From the NCBI GenBank assembly GCA_963833465.1, contig CAWHXW010000002.1, forward strand, positions 195,393-259,392: a DNA stretch of 64,000 nt, given 5' to 3'. Each line of letters opens with the position of its first letter. The stretch's first letter is position 1. A program made the translations under genes and the position numbers. The notes below the pieces were generated by a model. It was given only the letters and a program-made list of their open reading frames with translations, was not told the origin of the DNA and did no database searches. Below are positions 28,875 to 39,554 of this stretch, piece by piece. Origin of the DNA: Ignavibacteriota bacterium. Its GTDB lineage: Bacteria; Bacteroidota; Ignavibacteria; UBA10030.

Positions 28875-30704
28875 TTATTCCAAAATAATTTTCATTTCAC
28901 ATGCTTCACAATCAAATTCAAGTCTGTACTGATTCTTCGCATCTTGCAAAAAAAGCGGTAGTGCATTAAATACATTTTTTCCGGTGCAAAGGCCATATTG
29001 AAAACGCAAACAATGCTTCATCATCATTACGGTCTTTCCTTTTACAGCTTTTTGCAGCTCAAATGCTTTCTCAATATTAATAACACCATGTCTATGATAG
29101 AATGCCTCAGCTTTTTTGTTTGCAACATTCGCCGAATAATCTAATTGTTTTGCTGGATATAGCTCATTATTGGGTTCAATTTTAAAAGTTTGTTTTTTAT
29201 ATAATTTTAATCGCTCTTCTTCCAATTTGCGAATTCCTTCACGTCTAATTTCATTGCATACACTTATTGGAATAAAATATGGCTCGCTCCATTCAATATG
29301 CAATTCTTCACAAACAAAGATCGAATCACCTAACTTTGTAAATTGTCGATGAACAATTTCCTCCGCCTGATTATTATTTTTTGCCGGCTTCTTTTCACAA
29401 TTTCGCTCAATTATTATTTTCACTTCTTCTTCATCTTTGATATCAAGAGCAAAACCGTTATTTGTTTCGATGAATCGCATTTTAAGTGCAATTAAGCGTT
29501 TTGTTTTATTTTTTTGAAGTTCTTTAGCAAAGGCATAATCATAATTTCGATAGATTATTGTTCCAACTTCAAGTCCATTAATTTCTGATGGAAATATTTT
29601 CTTCTCTTCTATCTTATTAATATTTGTGCCTTGCAAATCATTTTTTGCATTAAAAAAACAAATTCCGTCTCCGTTATGCAATGTCTCTTCCATATTAAGA
29701 ATAAAGTAATTTCGTCCTATGTGTATTACTTTTCCTAGATATGCACCGGTAGATTTCGGTGTATGCGGAGAAAGAATATCTTTGCTCCGCTGCCGGATAA
29801 AGTGTTCTGTAAATCCGCGATTGAATGTTTTAGCAGGGTCCGGTTGAAATCCCAAGATTGTTTTTCCTGATGATGCTCGAACAAGCGACCGATCTTTTTC
29901 TAATATTCTATCAATATTTTGTCTGTAGAATGCTGTAACATTCTTCACATAGTTGATATCTTTCAAGCGTCCTTCAATTTTAAATGAAGAGACTCCGGCA
30001 TTAATTAGATCACAAAGATATTCCGAGAGATTTAAATCTTTTTGCGAAAGAAGATATTTATCCCTTTCAATTACTTTTCCAAAGTCATCCTTAAGAGTAT
30101 ATTGCAAGCGGCACGGCTGTGCACATTCTCCGCGATTTGCGCTTCGATTCTGGGTTGCTTGACTTAAATAGCATTGTCCGCTAAAGCTGACGCATAATGC
30201 ACCGTGTATAAAAAACTCTAAATCTATTTTTGTATTCGTTCTAATTTCACGTAATTGCTTCAGCGATAATTCGCGTGCTAGAATAACTCGCTGAATTCCG
30301 ACTTTCTCAAGAAATTTGATTTTCTCTTTAGAATAATTGTGCATTTGTGTGCTTGCAAAAAGCGGAATCGGCGGCAAATCAAGTTCTAATAATCCCATAT
30401 CTTGAATGATCAACGCATCTGCACCTGCTTCATAAATAGATTTAATAATGGCAAAAGCTTCATCTAATTCTTCATCAAATAAAATCGTATTTAGCGCAAC
30501 ATAAACTTTTGCCCAATAACGATGTGCATAGTGTACCAGTTTAGCGATATCATCTATCATATTTCCTGCGGCGGCTCGAGCTCCAAACTTTGGCGCACCT
30601 ACATACACAGCATCGGCACCATAATTGATTGCCGCTATGCCTGCCGCTAAGTTCTTAGCGGGAGCAAGAAGTTCTATGCTTCGTGCATTTCCCTTATTGT
30701 TCAT
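28875..30704 (-). CDS. U32-family peptidase-like protein (long form)
   Basis: The U32 signature EFFIHGALCVSFSGQCYLS is present. At 609 aa it has a long C-terminal extension. Confidence 0.85.
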   Translation of the reverse strand: MNNKGNARSIELLAPAKNLAAGIAAINYGADAVYVGAPKFGARAAAGNMIDDIAKLVHYAHRYWAKVYVALNTILFDEELDEAFAIIKSIYEAGADALIIQDMGLLELDLPPIPLFASTQMHNYSKEKIKFLEKVGIQRVILARELSLKQLREIRTNTKIDLEFFIHGALCVSFSGQCYLSQATQNRSANRGECAQPCRLQYTLKDDFGKVIERDKYLLSQKDLNLSEYLCDLINAGVSSFKIEGRLKDINYVKNVTAFYRQNIDRILEKDRSLVRASSGKTILGFQPDPAKTFNRGFTEHFIRQRSKDILSPHTPKSTGAYLGKVIHIGRNYFILNMEETLHNGDGICFFNAKNDLQGTNINKIEEKKIFPSEINGLEVGTIIYRNYDYAFAKELQKNKTKRLIALKMRFIETNNGFALDIKDEEEVKIIIERNCEKKPAKNNNQAEEIVHRQFTKLGDSIFVCEELHIEWSEPYFIPISVCNEIRREGIRKLEEERLKLYKKQTFKIEPNNELYPAKQLDYSANVANKKAEAFYHRHGVINIEKAFELQKAVKGKTVMMMKHCLRFQYGLCTGKNVFNALPLFLQDAKNQYRLEFDCEACEMKIILE

Positions 30705-30807
30705 TTAATGATATCCTCAAATTTAAGGTAGAGAAACTTCTCTTCGCTCTCAAATTGATAGCGCGGAAAAACTTACGTATATTTCAAATAAATAACAGGA
30801 GATATTA

Positions 30808-31863
30808 TTGCAAAAACAAGAAAACAAGGAATGGATTCCTACAAATCCAGACTATGATCCTAACAAGCCGATGCAGGTCGGCGGTCAGGCAGTTATTGAA
30901 GGTGTAATGATGCGCGCACGCGGTTCAGTTGCTACAGCAGTACGGCGAGCAAACGGACAAATTGTTGTGCAAAAACAGGAATACAAATCTGTTACAGAAA
31001 AATATAAATGGTTGAATATTCCCATCTTGCGCGGCGCAGTCGAACTAATCGATATGATGTACCTTGGCATGAAAACACTCAATTTTTCTGCTGAAATTGC
31101 AATGCTCGATATTGAGACTAAAGAAACCAAACATGGAACTGTTACAAAAATAAATGAAACAAAAACTCAATCCAAGCTGGCTCTTGCTGCAACACTTGTA
31201 CTCGCACTCGCTATTGGAATAGGAGTTTTCTTTATCGTTCCTTTATATTTAACTACTAAAGTATTTGCTATCGAACAAACAGCAGTTACATTTAACCTTA
31301 TTGCCGGTTCTATTCGTATTGCAATTCTTCTTCTTTATTTGGCTGGCATTTCGTTGATGAAAGATATCAAGCAGCTTTTTCGCTACCACGGTGCCGAACA
31401 TAAATCTGTATTCGCATTCGAATTGAAAGGTGCACTCGTTCCGGATTCTGCGATAAAGTTCAGTCGATTTCATCCTCGATGCGGAACAAGTTTTCTTCTT
31501 ACCGTTGCGTTCGTCGCAATTCTTTCATTCAGCTTTCTCGATGCACTTCTATTGACATTTATAACTCGAATTACTTTGCCTGTACGCCTGCTGACTCATT
31601 TACCTTTTATTCCAGTCGTCGGCGGTTTGGCGTACGAATTAATAAAGATCTCTGCAAAGCACAGCGCAACATGGTGGGGCAGAATTTTAATTACGCCTGG
31701 GCTTTGGCTTCAACATATTACTACAAAGGAACCGACTGAATCGCAAATAGAAGTTGCTTTGGTAGCTCTTAAATGCGCACTCGGTCAAGAAGATCCGGAA
31801 AAATATATTCTGCAACTAAACGCAGAAAATGCTGCTTCGAATTCTTCATTAGTTAAAGCATAA
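30808..31863 (+). CDS. DUF1385-family membrane protein (YqhQ-like)
   Basis: The [12 protein letters not shown] and YHGAEHK motifs are present. The start is TTG, preceded by AGGAG. It lies directly upstream of prfA. Confidence 0.8.
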   Translation: MQKQENKEWIPTNPDYDPNKPMQVGGQAVIEGVMMRARGSVATAVRRANGQIVVQKQEYKSVTEKYKWLNIPILRGAVELIDMMYLGMKTLNFSAEIAMLDIETKETKHGTVTKINETKTQSKLALAATLVLALAIGIGVFFIVPLYLTTKVFAIEQTAVTFNLIAGSIRIAILLLYLAGISLMKDIKQLFRYHGAEHKSVFAFELKGALVPDSAIKFSRFHPRCGTSFLLTVAFVAILSFSFLDALLLTFITRITLPVRLLTHLPFIPVVGGLAYELIKISAKHSATWWGRILITPGLWLQHITTKEPTESQIEVALVALKCALGQEDPEKYILQLNAENAASNSSLVKA

Positions 31864-31870
31864 GATTTTT

Positions 31871-32941
31871 ATGATTGATAAGTTGGAAAAAATATTTCAG
31901 CGCTACGATGAAATCAGCAAATTGATGAGCGATCCTATAATTGCGGCTGATCAGCAGAAAAGCCGGGAATTGGGAAGAGAATTTCATTCACTTGAAATGA
32001 TTGTTAGAGCCGGACAGCGATATAAAAAAGTTTATTATGATTTAAATGGCAGCAAAGAATTATTGGATTCTACGAATGATGCAGAAATGAAATTGCTTGC
32101 GCAAGAAGAGTATGACCGGCTTAAAATAGAACTGGTTCAGCTTGAAGAAGAAATAAAGATATTGTTGATTCCACCTGCTCCAAACGATTCTAAAAACTTT
32201 ATTATGGAAATCCGTGCAGGCACAGGCGGCGAAGAAGCAGCGATCTTTGCTGCAGATTTATATAGGATGTACACACGTTATTCAGAAAGAAAAGGTTGGA
32301 AAATCGAGTTAATGGATTGGAATGAAACCGGTATGGGCGGCTTTAAAGAAATTGTATTTGCAGTCTCCGGCGAAGGTGCTTATGGTGTGATGAAGTACGA
32401 AAGCGGTGTGCACCGTGTGCAGCGTGTGCCTGAGACAGAAGCACAAGGCCGCGTACACACTTCAGCGGCATCAGTTGTTGTGCTGCCTGAAGTGGAAGAT
32501 GTTGAAATAGAAATAAACCCGGTTGATCTTCAAATTGACACATATCGCTCGGGCGGCAAAGGTGGACAGAATGTAAATAAAGTTGAAACGGCTGTGCGAA
32601 TTACGCATAAACCAAGCGGAATTATTGTTGCGTGCCAGCAAGAGCGCTCCCAATTTCAGAACCGCGAACGGGCAATGAAAATGCTTAGGGCTAAATTATA
32701 CGAAATAAAACTTGAAGAGCAGACAAAATCTACTGCTGCGCAGCGAAAGTCGATGGTGAAGAGCGGCGACAGAAGCGATAAAATCCGAACGTACAATTTT
32801 CCACAGAACCGATTGACCGACCATCGAATCGGATATACAATTTACAGTTTGGACCGCGTAATTGATGGTGAGTTAGATGAATTGATTGATCAATTGCGAA
32901 TCGCCGATCGGGCAGAGAAACTGCAAAACGCTACAGCGTGA
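31871..32941 (+). CDS. prfA: peptide chain release factor 1
   Basis: The GGQ motif is present ([21 protein letters not shown]) and the overall architecture is RF1-like. Confidence 0.95.
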   Translation: MIDKLEKIFQRYDEISKLMSDPIIAADQQKSRELGREFHSLEMIVRAGQRYKKVYYDLNGSKELLDSTNDAEMKLLAQEEYDRLKIELVQLEEEIKILLIPPAPNDSKNFIMEIRAGTGGEEAAIFAADLYRMYTRYSERKGWKIELMDWNETGMGGFKEIVFAVSGEGAYGVMKYESGVHRVQRVPETEAQGRVHTSAASVVVLPEVEDVEIEINPVDLQIDTYRSGGKGGQNVNKVETAVRITHKPSGIIVACQQERSQFQNRERAMKMLRAKLYEIKLEEQTKSTAAQRKSMVKSGDRSDKIRTYNFPQNRLTDHRIGYTIYSLDRVIDGELDELIDQLRIADRAEKLQNATA

Positions 32942-32947
32942 TTCTGT

Positions 32948-33430
32948 CTATTGTGCCGATGTGTTCTTTCGTTGTAAAATTCTTTTCTTTGAAAAAAAAT
33001 TTTTCAGCAACGCTTCACTTTCTTTATCACAAATTCCTCCTACCACATGGACATTATGATTAAGCCGTCTATCTTCGACAATATTAAAGAGTGTCCCGCA
33101 AGCACCGGCTTTAGGATCGTATGAACCAAAAACAAGCGTTGGAATGCGAGCAAGAATAATAGCACCTGCACACATCGGGCATGGTTCTAATGTGACAAAC
33201 AAAGTACATCGTTCTAATCGCCTTGATTGCAAATGATTTGAAGCAGCAGTAATTGCAATCATTTCTGCATGCGCAGTTGGATCCTGCAATCGTTCTATTT
33301 GGTTAAATCCCCTGCCTATTATTTCCCCTTCATACACAACAATTGCTCCCACTGGTACTTCATCTGCGTCGAAAGCGCGCTGGGCTTCACGGAGAGTAAT
33401 ATTCATCCATTTTTCATATTGGATTGCCAT
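32948..33430 (-). CDS. tadA: tRNA adenosine(34) deaminase
   Basis: It carries the HAEMIAI and PCPMCAGA deaminase zinc motifs. Confidence 0.92.
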   Translation of the reverse strand: MAIQYEKWMNITLREAQRAFDADEVPVGAIVVYEGEIIGRGFNQIERLQDPTAHAEMIAITAASNHLQSRRLERCTLFVTLEPCPMCAGAIILARIPTLVFGSYDPKAGACGTLFNIVEDRRLNHNVHVVGGICDKESEALLKNFFSKKRILQRKNTSAQ

Positions 33431-33517
33431 AAATGCTTATATACTTTTAATATACAGACCCGGTGGAATATTAAAATCGATGCAGTCAATTAATTCGCAT
33501 AGAATGAAGAATATATT

Positions 33518-34081
33518 TTATTTAGCGAAACCTCTCATTGGTATTTCACCGACATTTGAATCAACAGATTCCAGTGTGTATGCACTAACTTTTGATAAAT
33601 CTGATAATGCTGCTATTATTCGATTCACCTCTTCATCTATTGTATCAAGTTGATGTGTTATTTTTGTATTGCCTGCGGCTGCTTTATGTGCAGAGCCCAA
33701 TGTCAGCATAATAATTGATAACGGATTATTAATATGATGTTGTAATCCGCGAGTTACTTCATGAAGTGTTTTAAGTTGTGTTTGCTGAAGCTGCACTTCT
33801 CGTTCAACAATAAGTCTTTGTTCTTCACTTTTGTAAAGTTTTGTCCGCACTTCAATAACTTTCACTAAAGATACAGAGAGTAACCATATAAATGGAAAAG
33901 CATCAAAGCTGCTAATTATATTATCAAGAAGTAAAATATGAGCAATAGGATTTTTCAACTTAGAAAAAAAACGAATAATGCAAAATAAAAGATAAGTGTA
34001 GATGAAGAGTCCGGAAAGGACTGCTGGGTATTTTATAAAAAATTTTTTCGCCTCTTCGTAAATCTTTCTGATAGGATTCAT
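33518..34081 (-). CDS. membrane protein with a stand-alone HisKA/DHp-like domain (no ATPase domain)
   Basis: It has two or three N-terminal TM segments, a coiled stretch and then an H-box-like LQHHINNPLSIIMLTLG. The ORF ends about 70 aa later without N/G1/G2 boxes. Confidence 0.55.
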   Translation of the reverse strand: MNPIRKIYEEAKKFFIKYPAVLSGLFIYTYLLFCIIRFFSKLKNPIAHILLLDNIISSFDAFPFIWLLSVSLVKVIEVRTKLYKSEEQRLIVEREVQLQQTQLKTLHEVTRGLQHHINNPLSIIMLTLGSAHKAAAGNTKITHQLDTIDEEVNRIIAALSDLSKVSAYTLESVDSNVGEIPMRGFAK

Positions 34082-34148
34082 TTTAATTACTCCACGAATG
34101 ATGTTCGATGAGTATCAGCGAATTTAACAGAACAGATTGTAAATATTG

Positions 34149-34222
34149 TGCACCCGGAGGGAGTCGAACCCCCAACCCTCAGATCCGAAGTCTGATGCTC
34201 TATCCAGTTGAGCTACGGGTGC
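34149..34222 (-). tRNA. tRNA-Arg (anticodon TCG)
   Basis: The reverse complement is GCACCCGTAGCTCAACTGGATAGAGCATCAGACTTCGGATCTGAGGGTTGGGGGTTCGACTCCCTCCGGGTGCA. It folds into a 74-nt cloverleaf with a 7-bp acceptor stem, a D stem GCTC/GAGC, an anticodon stem TCAGA/TCTGA with loop CTTCGGA, and a T loop TTCGACT. No CCA is encoded. Confidence 0.92.
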
Positions 34223-34699
34223 ATTGAAATTATTCTATTTCCTTCATTTGATTTTTATTGTGGAGTAAATTAATTTTATTTTTTTTACTCTTGAAGTAAA
34301 AAAAATAAGTACAACCGTTATATGAAACACCTAACAAGAAACTGCTTCCGATCGCTTATCTCTTGACGTTAAAATGTTTGATCTATAATTTTCATCTGTT
34401 CGGAAGCTATTGATTCAAATATACAAAAGGATGTTAGGTGAAACAATATTATATCAAGGAAGAGTTTAATAAATGTTTGAACCGCCAAAAGCACCTGTAG
34501 CCTCTTCGAGTTCGGATAGATGCGATGAATATCGAAAATACTTATGCGCAATCTATTCAGACTACTGACGATAGATTATGCAGGAATAAATTTGCACTGT
34601 TGTTGTTTGTATTCATTTTAGATAGATAGGCAATGCAAGCATCTGCAATTTAAAGTAAAAGATTGTCAAAATATAAAAAACTGATTTTAACTATATTAA

Positions 34700-36157
34700 T
34701 CAAGCTATATAATGCGATGATGCAGTTTCACCGCCTTGTCCTGTCCAATTAGTATGAAAAAACTCGCCTCTCGGTCTATCGACTCGCTCATACATATGCG
34801 CGCCAAAGAAATCGCGCTGTGCCTGTAACAGATTTGCAGGAAGTCTCCTTTGCCGATAACCATCATAGAATACTAATGAAGAACTCATCGAGGGCATTGG
34901 AATTCCTATTTTTACAGCTTTTGCAACAACTTTCCGCCATGATTCTTGACAATTTGCCATGACTTTCTTGAAGAATGGGTCGAGAAGAAGATTTACGAGT
35001 TTTGGATTCTTATCAAATGCTTCTTTAATTTTTTCAAGGAACGTGCTTCGAATAATACATCCTCCACGCCACAAGCTGGCAATTCCGCCATAATTGAGAT
35101 CCCATTTAAATTCTTTTGCAGCTTCTTTCATCAACATATATCCTTGAGCATAAGACGTCAGTTTAGAAGCATACATTGCTCTGCGGATGTCTTCAACAAA
35201 CTCTTTCTTATTACCTGTAATTTTTTTCTTTGCGGGTCCTTTTAAAATCTTTGAAGCTATAACACGCTCATCTTTAATAGCAGAGAGACAACGTGCAAAA
35301 ACGGCTTCCGAAACCATCGTCATTGGTACACCAAGATCAAGCGCTGACACACTTGTCCACTTGCCAGTTCCTTTCTGACCTGCTGTATCGAGAATAAAAT
35401 CTACGACATACTTTTTCTTTTCATCTTTATAATTTAAAATGTCTCGAGTAATTTCAATAAGATAAGAACTTAGTTCACCTTCATTCCAATCTTTAAATAC
35501 TTCACTCATATTTTTATTGCTCATGCCCATGCCTTCTTTCATCATTTGATAACACTCACAAATAAGCTGCATATCGCCGTACTCGATTCCGTTATGCACC
35601 ATTTTAACGAAATGACCTGCACCGTTCCCGCCAACCCAGTCGCAACATGGCGTTCCATCCGCGACCCTTGCTGCAATCGCTTGAAAAATCGATTTTATAT
35701 GCGGCCAAGCTGCAGGTGAACCTCCTGGCATAATTGAAGGTCCGCGTAATGCTCCTTCTTCACCACCTGAGACTCCGGTACCGATATATAGCATCCCTTT
35801 CGACTCCACATATTTTGTTCTTCGCATTGTATCAAGGAAATGCGAGTTACCACCATCAATAATTATATCGCCCGGCAACATGTGAGGGATCAGTTGTTCA
35901 ATAAAATCATCTACAGCTTTTCCAGCTTTCACCATTAACATAATCTTGCGCGGAACTTTTAACGTGGATATAAATTCTTGTGCGGAATGCGCTCCAATAA
36001 TTTTCTTTTCTTTTGCCCGTCCGTTAATGAAGTTATCAACCTTTTCCACTGTCCTATTAAACACTGCGACGGTGAACCCGTGACTTTCAATATTAAGCAC
36101 AAGATTTTCTCCCATTACCGCGAGTCCAATTAGACCAATATCAGCTTTTAGTTCCAC
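34700..36157 (-). CDS. gnd: 6-phosphogluconate dehydrogenase, decarboxylating
   Basis: The N-terminal Rossmann motif GLIGLAVMGENLVLN is present, and the 485-aa length and sequence are Gnd-like throughout. Confidence 0.95.
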   Translation of the reverse strand: MELKADIGLIGLAVMGENLVLNIESHGFTVAVFNRTVEKVDNFINGRAKEKKIIGAHSAQEFISTLKVPRKIMLMVKAGKAVDDFIEQLIPHMLPGDIIIDGGNSHFLDTMRRTKYVESKGMLYIGTGVSGGEEGALRGPSIMPGGSPAAWPHIKSIFQAIAARVADGTPCCDWVGGNGAGHFVKMVHNGIEYGDMQLICECYQMMKEGMGMSNKNMSEVFKDWNEGELSSYLIEITRDILNYKDEKKKYVVDFILDTAGQKGTGKWTSVSALDLGVPMTMVSEAVFARCLSAIKDERVIASKILKGPAKKKITGNKKEFVEDIRRAMYASKLTSYAQGYMLMKEAAKEFKWDLNYGGIASLWRGGCIIRSTFLEKIKEAFDKNPKLVNLLLDPFFKKVMANCQESWRKVVAKAVKIGIPMPSMSSSLVFYDGYRQRRLPANLLQAQRDFFGAHMYERVDRPRGEFFHTNWTGQGGETASSHYIA

Positions 36158-36199
36158 TCCGATTTTCCTTGTTTTATTTATATTTTTCCTGTTGATAAA

Positions 36200-37471
36200 T
36201 TAATTAAACCGTTTTTCATGCGACCACAATCCTAATGCTGGATTTGAGATGTAGAATATTTTTTCCCCATCAAGCATCGTGTTGAAGCCATAAGTAAGTT
36301 TTTCGGGATTATATTTCATCATCATTTGAGACAAGTCAGCATACATGAAGTGGACGCTTTCAATTTCTTGTTTTGTAAGATGACCAGGGCAATATGTTAT
36401 CGAAAAACGGCCTTCTGATGAACCATGAATCAGATGCGCAGCTACACTTAAATTATTTTTTAGATCGTCGGCATTCTTCACATATTGCAATATTTTTTGT
36501 GTCCCAATATACCCGTATTTACGAATGAGCGTATCAATTTTTTTATCTTCGCCAAATTCCTTCAACGCCGGCGCTAAAATGATAAGTTCCCCGTTATCTG
36601 CAATTGCCATACGTGTCCGATAAATGCTTTTGTTGCCAAGCCAGGCACTTTTGAATTCAGAGGGATCAAGATAGACGACAACTTTCTTCAATGGTTCTTC
36701 GATCATTTGGAAATTTACTTTAAGTGATAATGCAGATGCAAGATTAAAACATTCTACATCATCACCTATAAATAAGCCGCGCACTTTTAGCCGGCTATCA
36801 TCTCCGGGTGCAACTACAGTGAGTATATAAATAATAGGCAAGTTTTTAGCAAAATGATCTGATGCATAATTTAAAACACGACGCACTGGATTATCAGCAC
36901 ACCCCATAATACGCTCCATACCGTATACTGCACTGAGAAAATGACTTTTATCAATGCTTTCCGGGCCACCTGTCCCAATAAATATGTTCTTGTTGTAATT
37001 AGCCATTCCTATTACTTCATGAGGAACTACCTGTCCAATAGATAAAATTAAATCATAATCGCCTTCAATTAACAGCTTGTTGACCTGCGCTTTCCACCCA
37101 TAATTTAATTTCCCTGCTGATTGTTGATAAATAAACTCAGTAGGTACTTCGCCGAGTGTTATAATGTCTGTCCGCCAATTATGTTTGCGAAAAAGGCCAA
37201 GGGGTACATTACCAAACATAGTCTTTATTTCGTTTTCGGTCATAGCGGCATGCGTACCGAGCGCTGGAAGAACATCGGTAAGTTTATCATGGTAATATTC
37301 CCACACAAGCCGTGTTAATATGCCAGCCTGTGAATGGTAACGTGTAAAATCTGGCGGGATTGCTAAAACTTTTCTTTTCACACTCAACTTTGCCAGTGCT
37401 TCGTACAGTCCTTTTTTAAGTTCTTCTTCATAAAGAACATCGTTTTCAGAACCTTTATTGTATAGTAACAT
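36200..37471 (-). CDS. LarA-family (DUF2088, nickel-pincer-dependent racemase/epimerase-like) protein
   Basis: Several segments parallel LarA from memory: PPDFTRYHS (compare SSDHTRPVP), ILSIGQVVPHEVIGMANYNKNIFIGTGGPESIDKSH (compare the SHFFAGFSGGRKS region), and NGELIILAP...FG. The length is about 423 aa. No database search was possible. Confidence 0.6.
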   Translation of the reverse strand: MLLYNKGSENDVLYEEELKKGLYEALAKLSVKRKVLAIPPDFTRYHSQAGILTRLVWEYYHDKLTDVLPALGTHAAMTENEIKTMFGNVPLGLFRKHNWRTDIITLGEVPTEFIYQQSAGKLNYGWKAQVNKLLIEGDYDLILSIGQVVPHEVIGMANYNKNIFIGTGGPESIDKSHFLSAVYGMERIMGCADNPVRRVLNYASDHFAKNLPIIYILTVVAPGDDSRLKVRGLFIGDDVECFNLASALSLKVNFQMIEEPLKKVVVYLDPSEFKSAWLGNKSIYRTRMAIADNGELIILAPALKEFGEDKKIDTLIRKYGYIGTQKILQYVKNADDLKNNLSVAAHLIHGSSEGRFSITYCPGHLTKQEIESVHFMYADLSQMMMKYNPEKLTYGFNTMLDGEKIFYISNPALGLWSHEKRFN

Positions 37472-37575
37472 AATATTTGTTTGACTTATAACTTTGAAAA
37501 GAATTTAGCTTATGTAAAGTTTTTTAGTAGATTGTTAAATATTTCATTCTCTAACTTCTCCATCACAATCGAAAA

Positions 37576-38658
37576 TTAACGCTGGATACGCGCCGATTCG
37601 CCTTTGGCAAAAGATTTCACTTGTTCCAAGGTTACCATTGTCGTGTCTCCAGGTGTAGTAGTGAGTAATGCACCATGCGCCCATCCAAGCTTCACAGCTT
37701 CTTCAGGTTCTTCATCTATTAATAAGCCGTAGAACAATCCACTTGCGAATCCATCACCACCGCCCACACGATCCAAAACATCCAGTTCACAGATAGGTGA
37801 AGTATATATCTTTCCATCGATCCATGCTACTGCACCCCAGCTATGTCGATTTGTTGAATGTACTTCGCGTAAAGTCGTTGCAACAATTTTGACATGTGGA
37901 TACTTTGCCACCACTTTGTCAATCATGCTAATGAATGAACTTGGGTCAAGTTTCGACTTTGCTGTCGCTTCCGGGCTGGGGATACCTAAACTCTTCTGCA
38001 GATCCTCTTCATTACCTACTAAAACATCTGCGTTATTTATGATGCGAGTGATTACATCAACCGTATTCTTCTGTCCTCCACGAATATTCCAAAGCTTCTC
38101 TCGGAAATTTAAATCGAAGCTTACGATCGCGCCTGCTTTCTTCGCTGCTTTCATACCCTCAATAATAAGTTCGCCGGTAGATTCAGAGAGCGCTGCAAAA
38201 ATTCCGCCGCTGTGAAACCATCGGACCCCGTCAGCGAAAATAGTATCCCAGTCGAAATCACCAGGCTTCAATTGCGCCGCAGCTTCATTTGATCGATTGT
38301 AAAATACTACAGGAGGACGCACACCTTGTCCGCGATCACTATACACCGCTGCCATGTTGGGACCATTTACACCATTGTGTTTAAAGCGTTTATAGAATGG
38401 TTTTACTCCCATAGCTCGAACACGTTCTGCAATTAAGTCGCCAATCGCATAATCTACCATTGCTGTTACGATGCCTGTGTTCAAGTGGAAACAATCAGCT
38501 AAGTTTGCGGCTACATTAAATTCTCCGCCACTCACATGTATCTGGCATTCAATTGCTTTTCTGAAAGGAATTATTCCAGAATCCAACCGATGAACTAATG
38601 CACCTAACGAAATCAAATCCAAAGCACCTTCCTTATGAATACTCAAACCAATGTTCAT
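37576..38658 (-). CDS. kdgK: PfkB-family sugar/sugar-acid kinase (KdgK-like)
   Basis: The PfkB C-terminal motif DRVGGGDGFASGLFYGL is present, in a hexuronate-operon context. Substrate is not certain (see finding). Confidence 0.65.
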   Translation of the reverse strand: MNIGLSIHKEGALDLISLGALVHRLDSGIIPFRKAIECQIHVSGGEFNVAANLADCFHLNTGIVTAMVDYAIGDLIAERVRAMGVKPFYKRFKHNGVNGPNMAAVYSDRGQGVRPPVVFYNRSNEAAAQLKPGDFDWDTIFADGVRWFHSGGIFAALSESTGELIIEGMKAAKKAGAIVSFDLNFREKLWNIRGGQKNTVDVITRIINNADVLVGNEEDLQKSLGIPSPEATAKSKLDPSSFISMIDKVVAKYPHVKIVATTLREVHSTNRHSWGAVAWIDGKIYTSPICELDVLDRVGGGDGFASGLFYGLLIDEEPEEAVKLGWAHGALLTTTPGDTTMVTLEQVKSFAKGESARIQR

Positions 38659-38703
38659 TATTTACTCCTTTTATGGTCTATTTATTTTCGACCTTTAACT
38701 GCT

Positions 38704-39537
38704 TTATACTCCTGAGTATGCAGAAAATCCACCATCAATAGGCAGTACAATTCCTGTGACAAACTTTGAAGCGGGCGATAACAACCACAATACGGTGCCT
38801 AATAAATCATCGGGTACGCCGAAGCGTGCCATTGGCGTATGATCGAGAATATTTTTACCGCGTGCAGTCAATTCACCTGTCGTTTTATTTGTCAAGAGGA
38901 ATCGATTTTGTTCAGTCAGAAAAAAACCTGGCGCAATTGCATTGACTCGGATGTATGGCGAATATTCCTGTGCCATGTGAACAGCTAACCATTGTGTGAA
39001 GTTGCTTACTGCCGCCTTTGCTGCTGAGTATGCCGGTATACGGGTTAATGGCCGAAAAGCATTCATCGATGAAATATTCAGAATCACTCCTTCTTTTTGC
39101 TCCGCCATTTTCTTCCCAAAAATCTGACTTGGCAATATTGTGCCGATCAAATTTAAATTAGAAACGAACTGCAGCGCCTCTGAAGAAATGTCGAAAAAGC
39201 TTTGATCGGCATTAACTGTAGCTTTTGGATCGTTACCTCCAGCACCGTTGATGAGGCAATCAATACTACCATAAATTGAAAGTACTTTATCTGCCGCTTC
39301 TTGAACTTTCTTTTTATCAATCACATCGATAAAAAATACTTTGTGCTTTCCTTGTGTACCATTTAACGATTGAATTGTCTTTTCACCAAGCGAAACATCA
39401 CGATCAAAAATAACGACATTTGCATTACATCCAGCAAGTGCTTTTGCAATCTCGCCGCAGAGTATACCAGCGCCGCCGGTGATGGCTATTGTTTTGCCGG
39501 TAAAATCATACAGCTTTATTATTTCCTGTAAGTTCAT
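38704..39537 (-). CDS. SDR-family oxidoreductase (UxuB-like fructuronate reductase / mannonate oxidoreductase candidate)
   Basis: It carries TGGAGILCG cofactor motif and the YSAAKAAV catalytic motif. It sits between the hexuronate transporter and the kinase. Confidence 0.7.
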   Translation of the reverse strand: MNLQEIIKLYDFTGKTIAITGGAGILCGEIAKALAGCNANVVIFDRDVSLGEKTIQSLNGTQGKHKVFFIDVIDKKKVQEAADKVLSIYGSIDCLINGAGGNDPKATVNADQSFFDISSEALQFVSNLNLIGTILPSQIFGKKMAEQKEGVILNISSMNAFRPLTRIPAYSAAKAAVSNFTQWLAVHMAQEYSPYIRVNAIAPGFFLTEQNRFLLTNKTTGELTARGKNILDHTPMARFGVPDDLLGTVLWLLSPASKFVTGIVLPIDGGFSAYSGV

Positions 39538-39554
39538 ATTAGAAATCCTTGTGT

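Noticed and set aside
34369-34551. This is a 60-aa minus-strand ORF between gnd and the tRNA.
   Set aside because: It has no motif and no RBS, and it sits in AT-rich intergenic DNA, so it is probably non-coding.
34100-34700. tRNA-Arg might be an integration hotspot or genomic island border.
   Set aside because: There is no integrase, no direct repeat of the tRNA 3' end and no compositional shift visible nearby. The flanking genes are ordinary metabolic genes.
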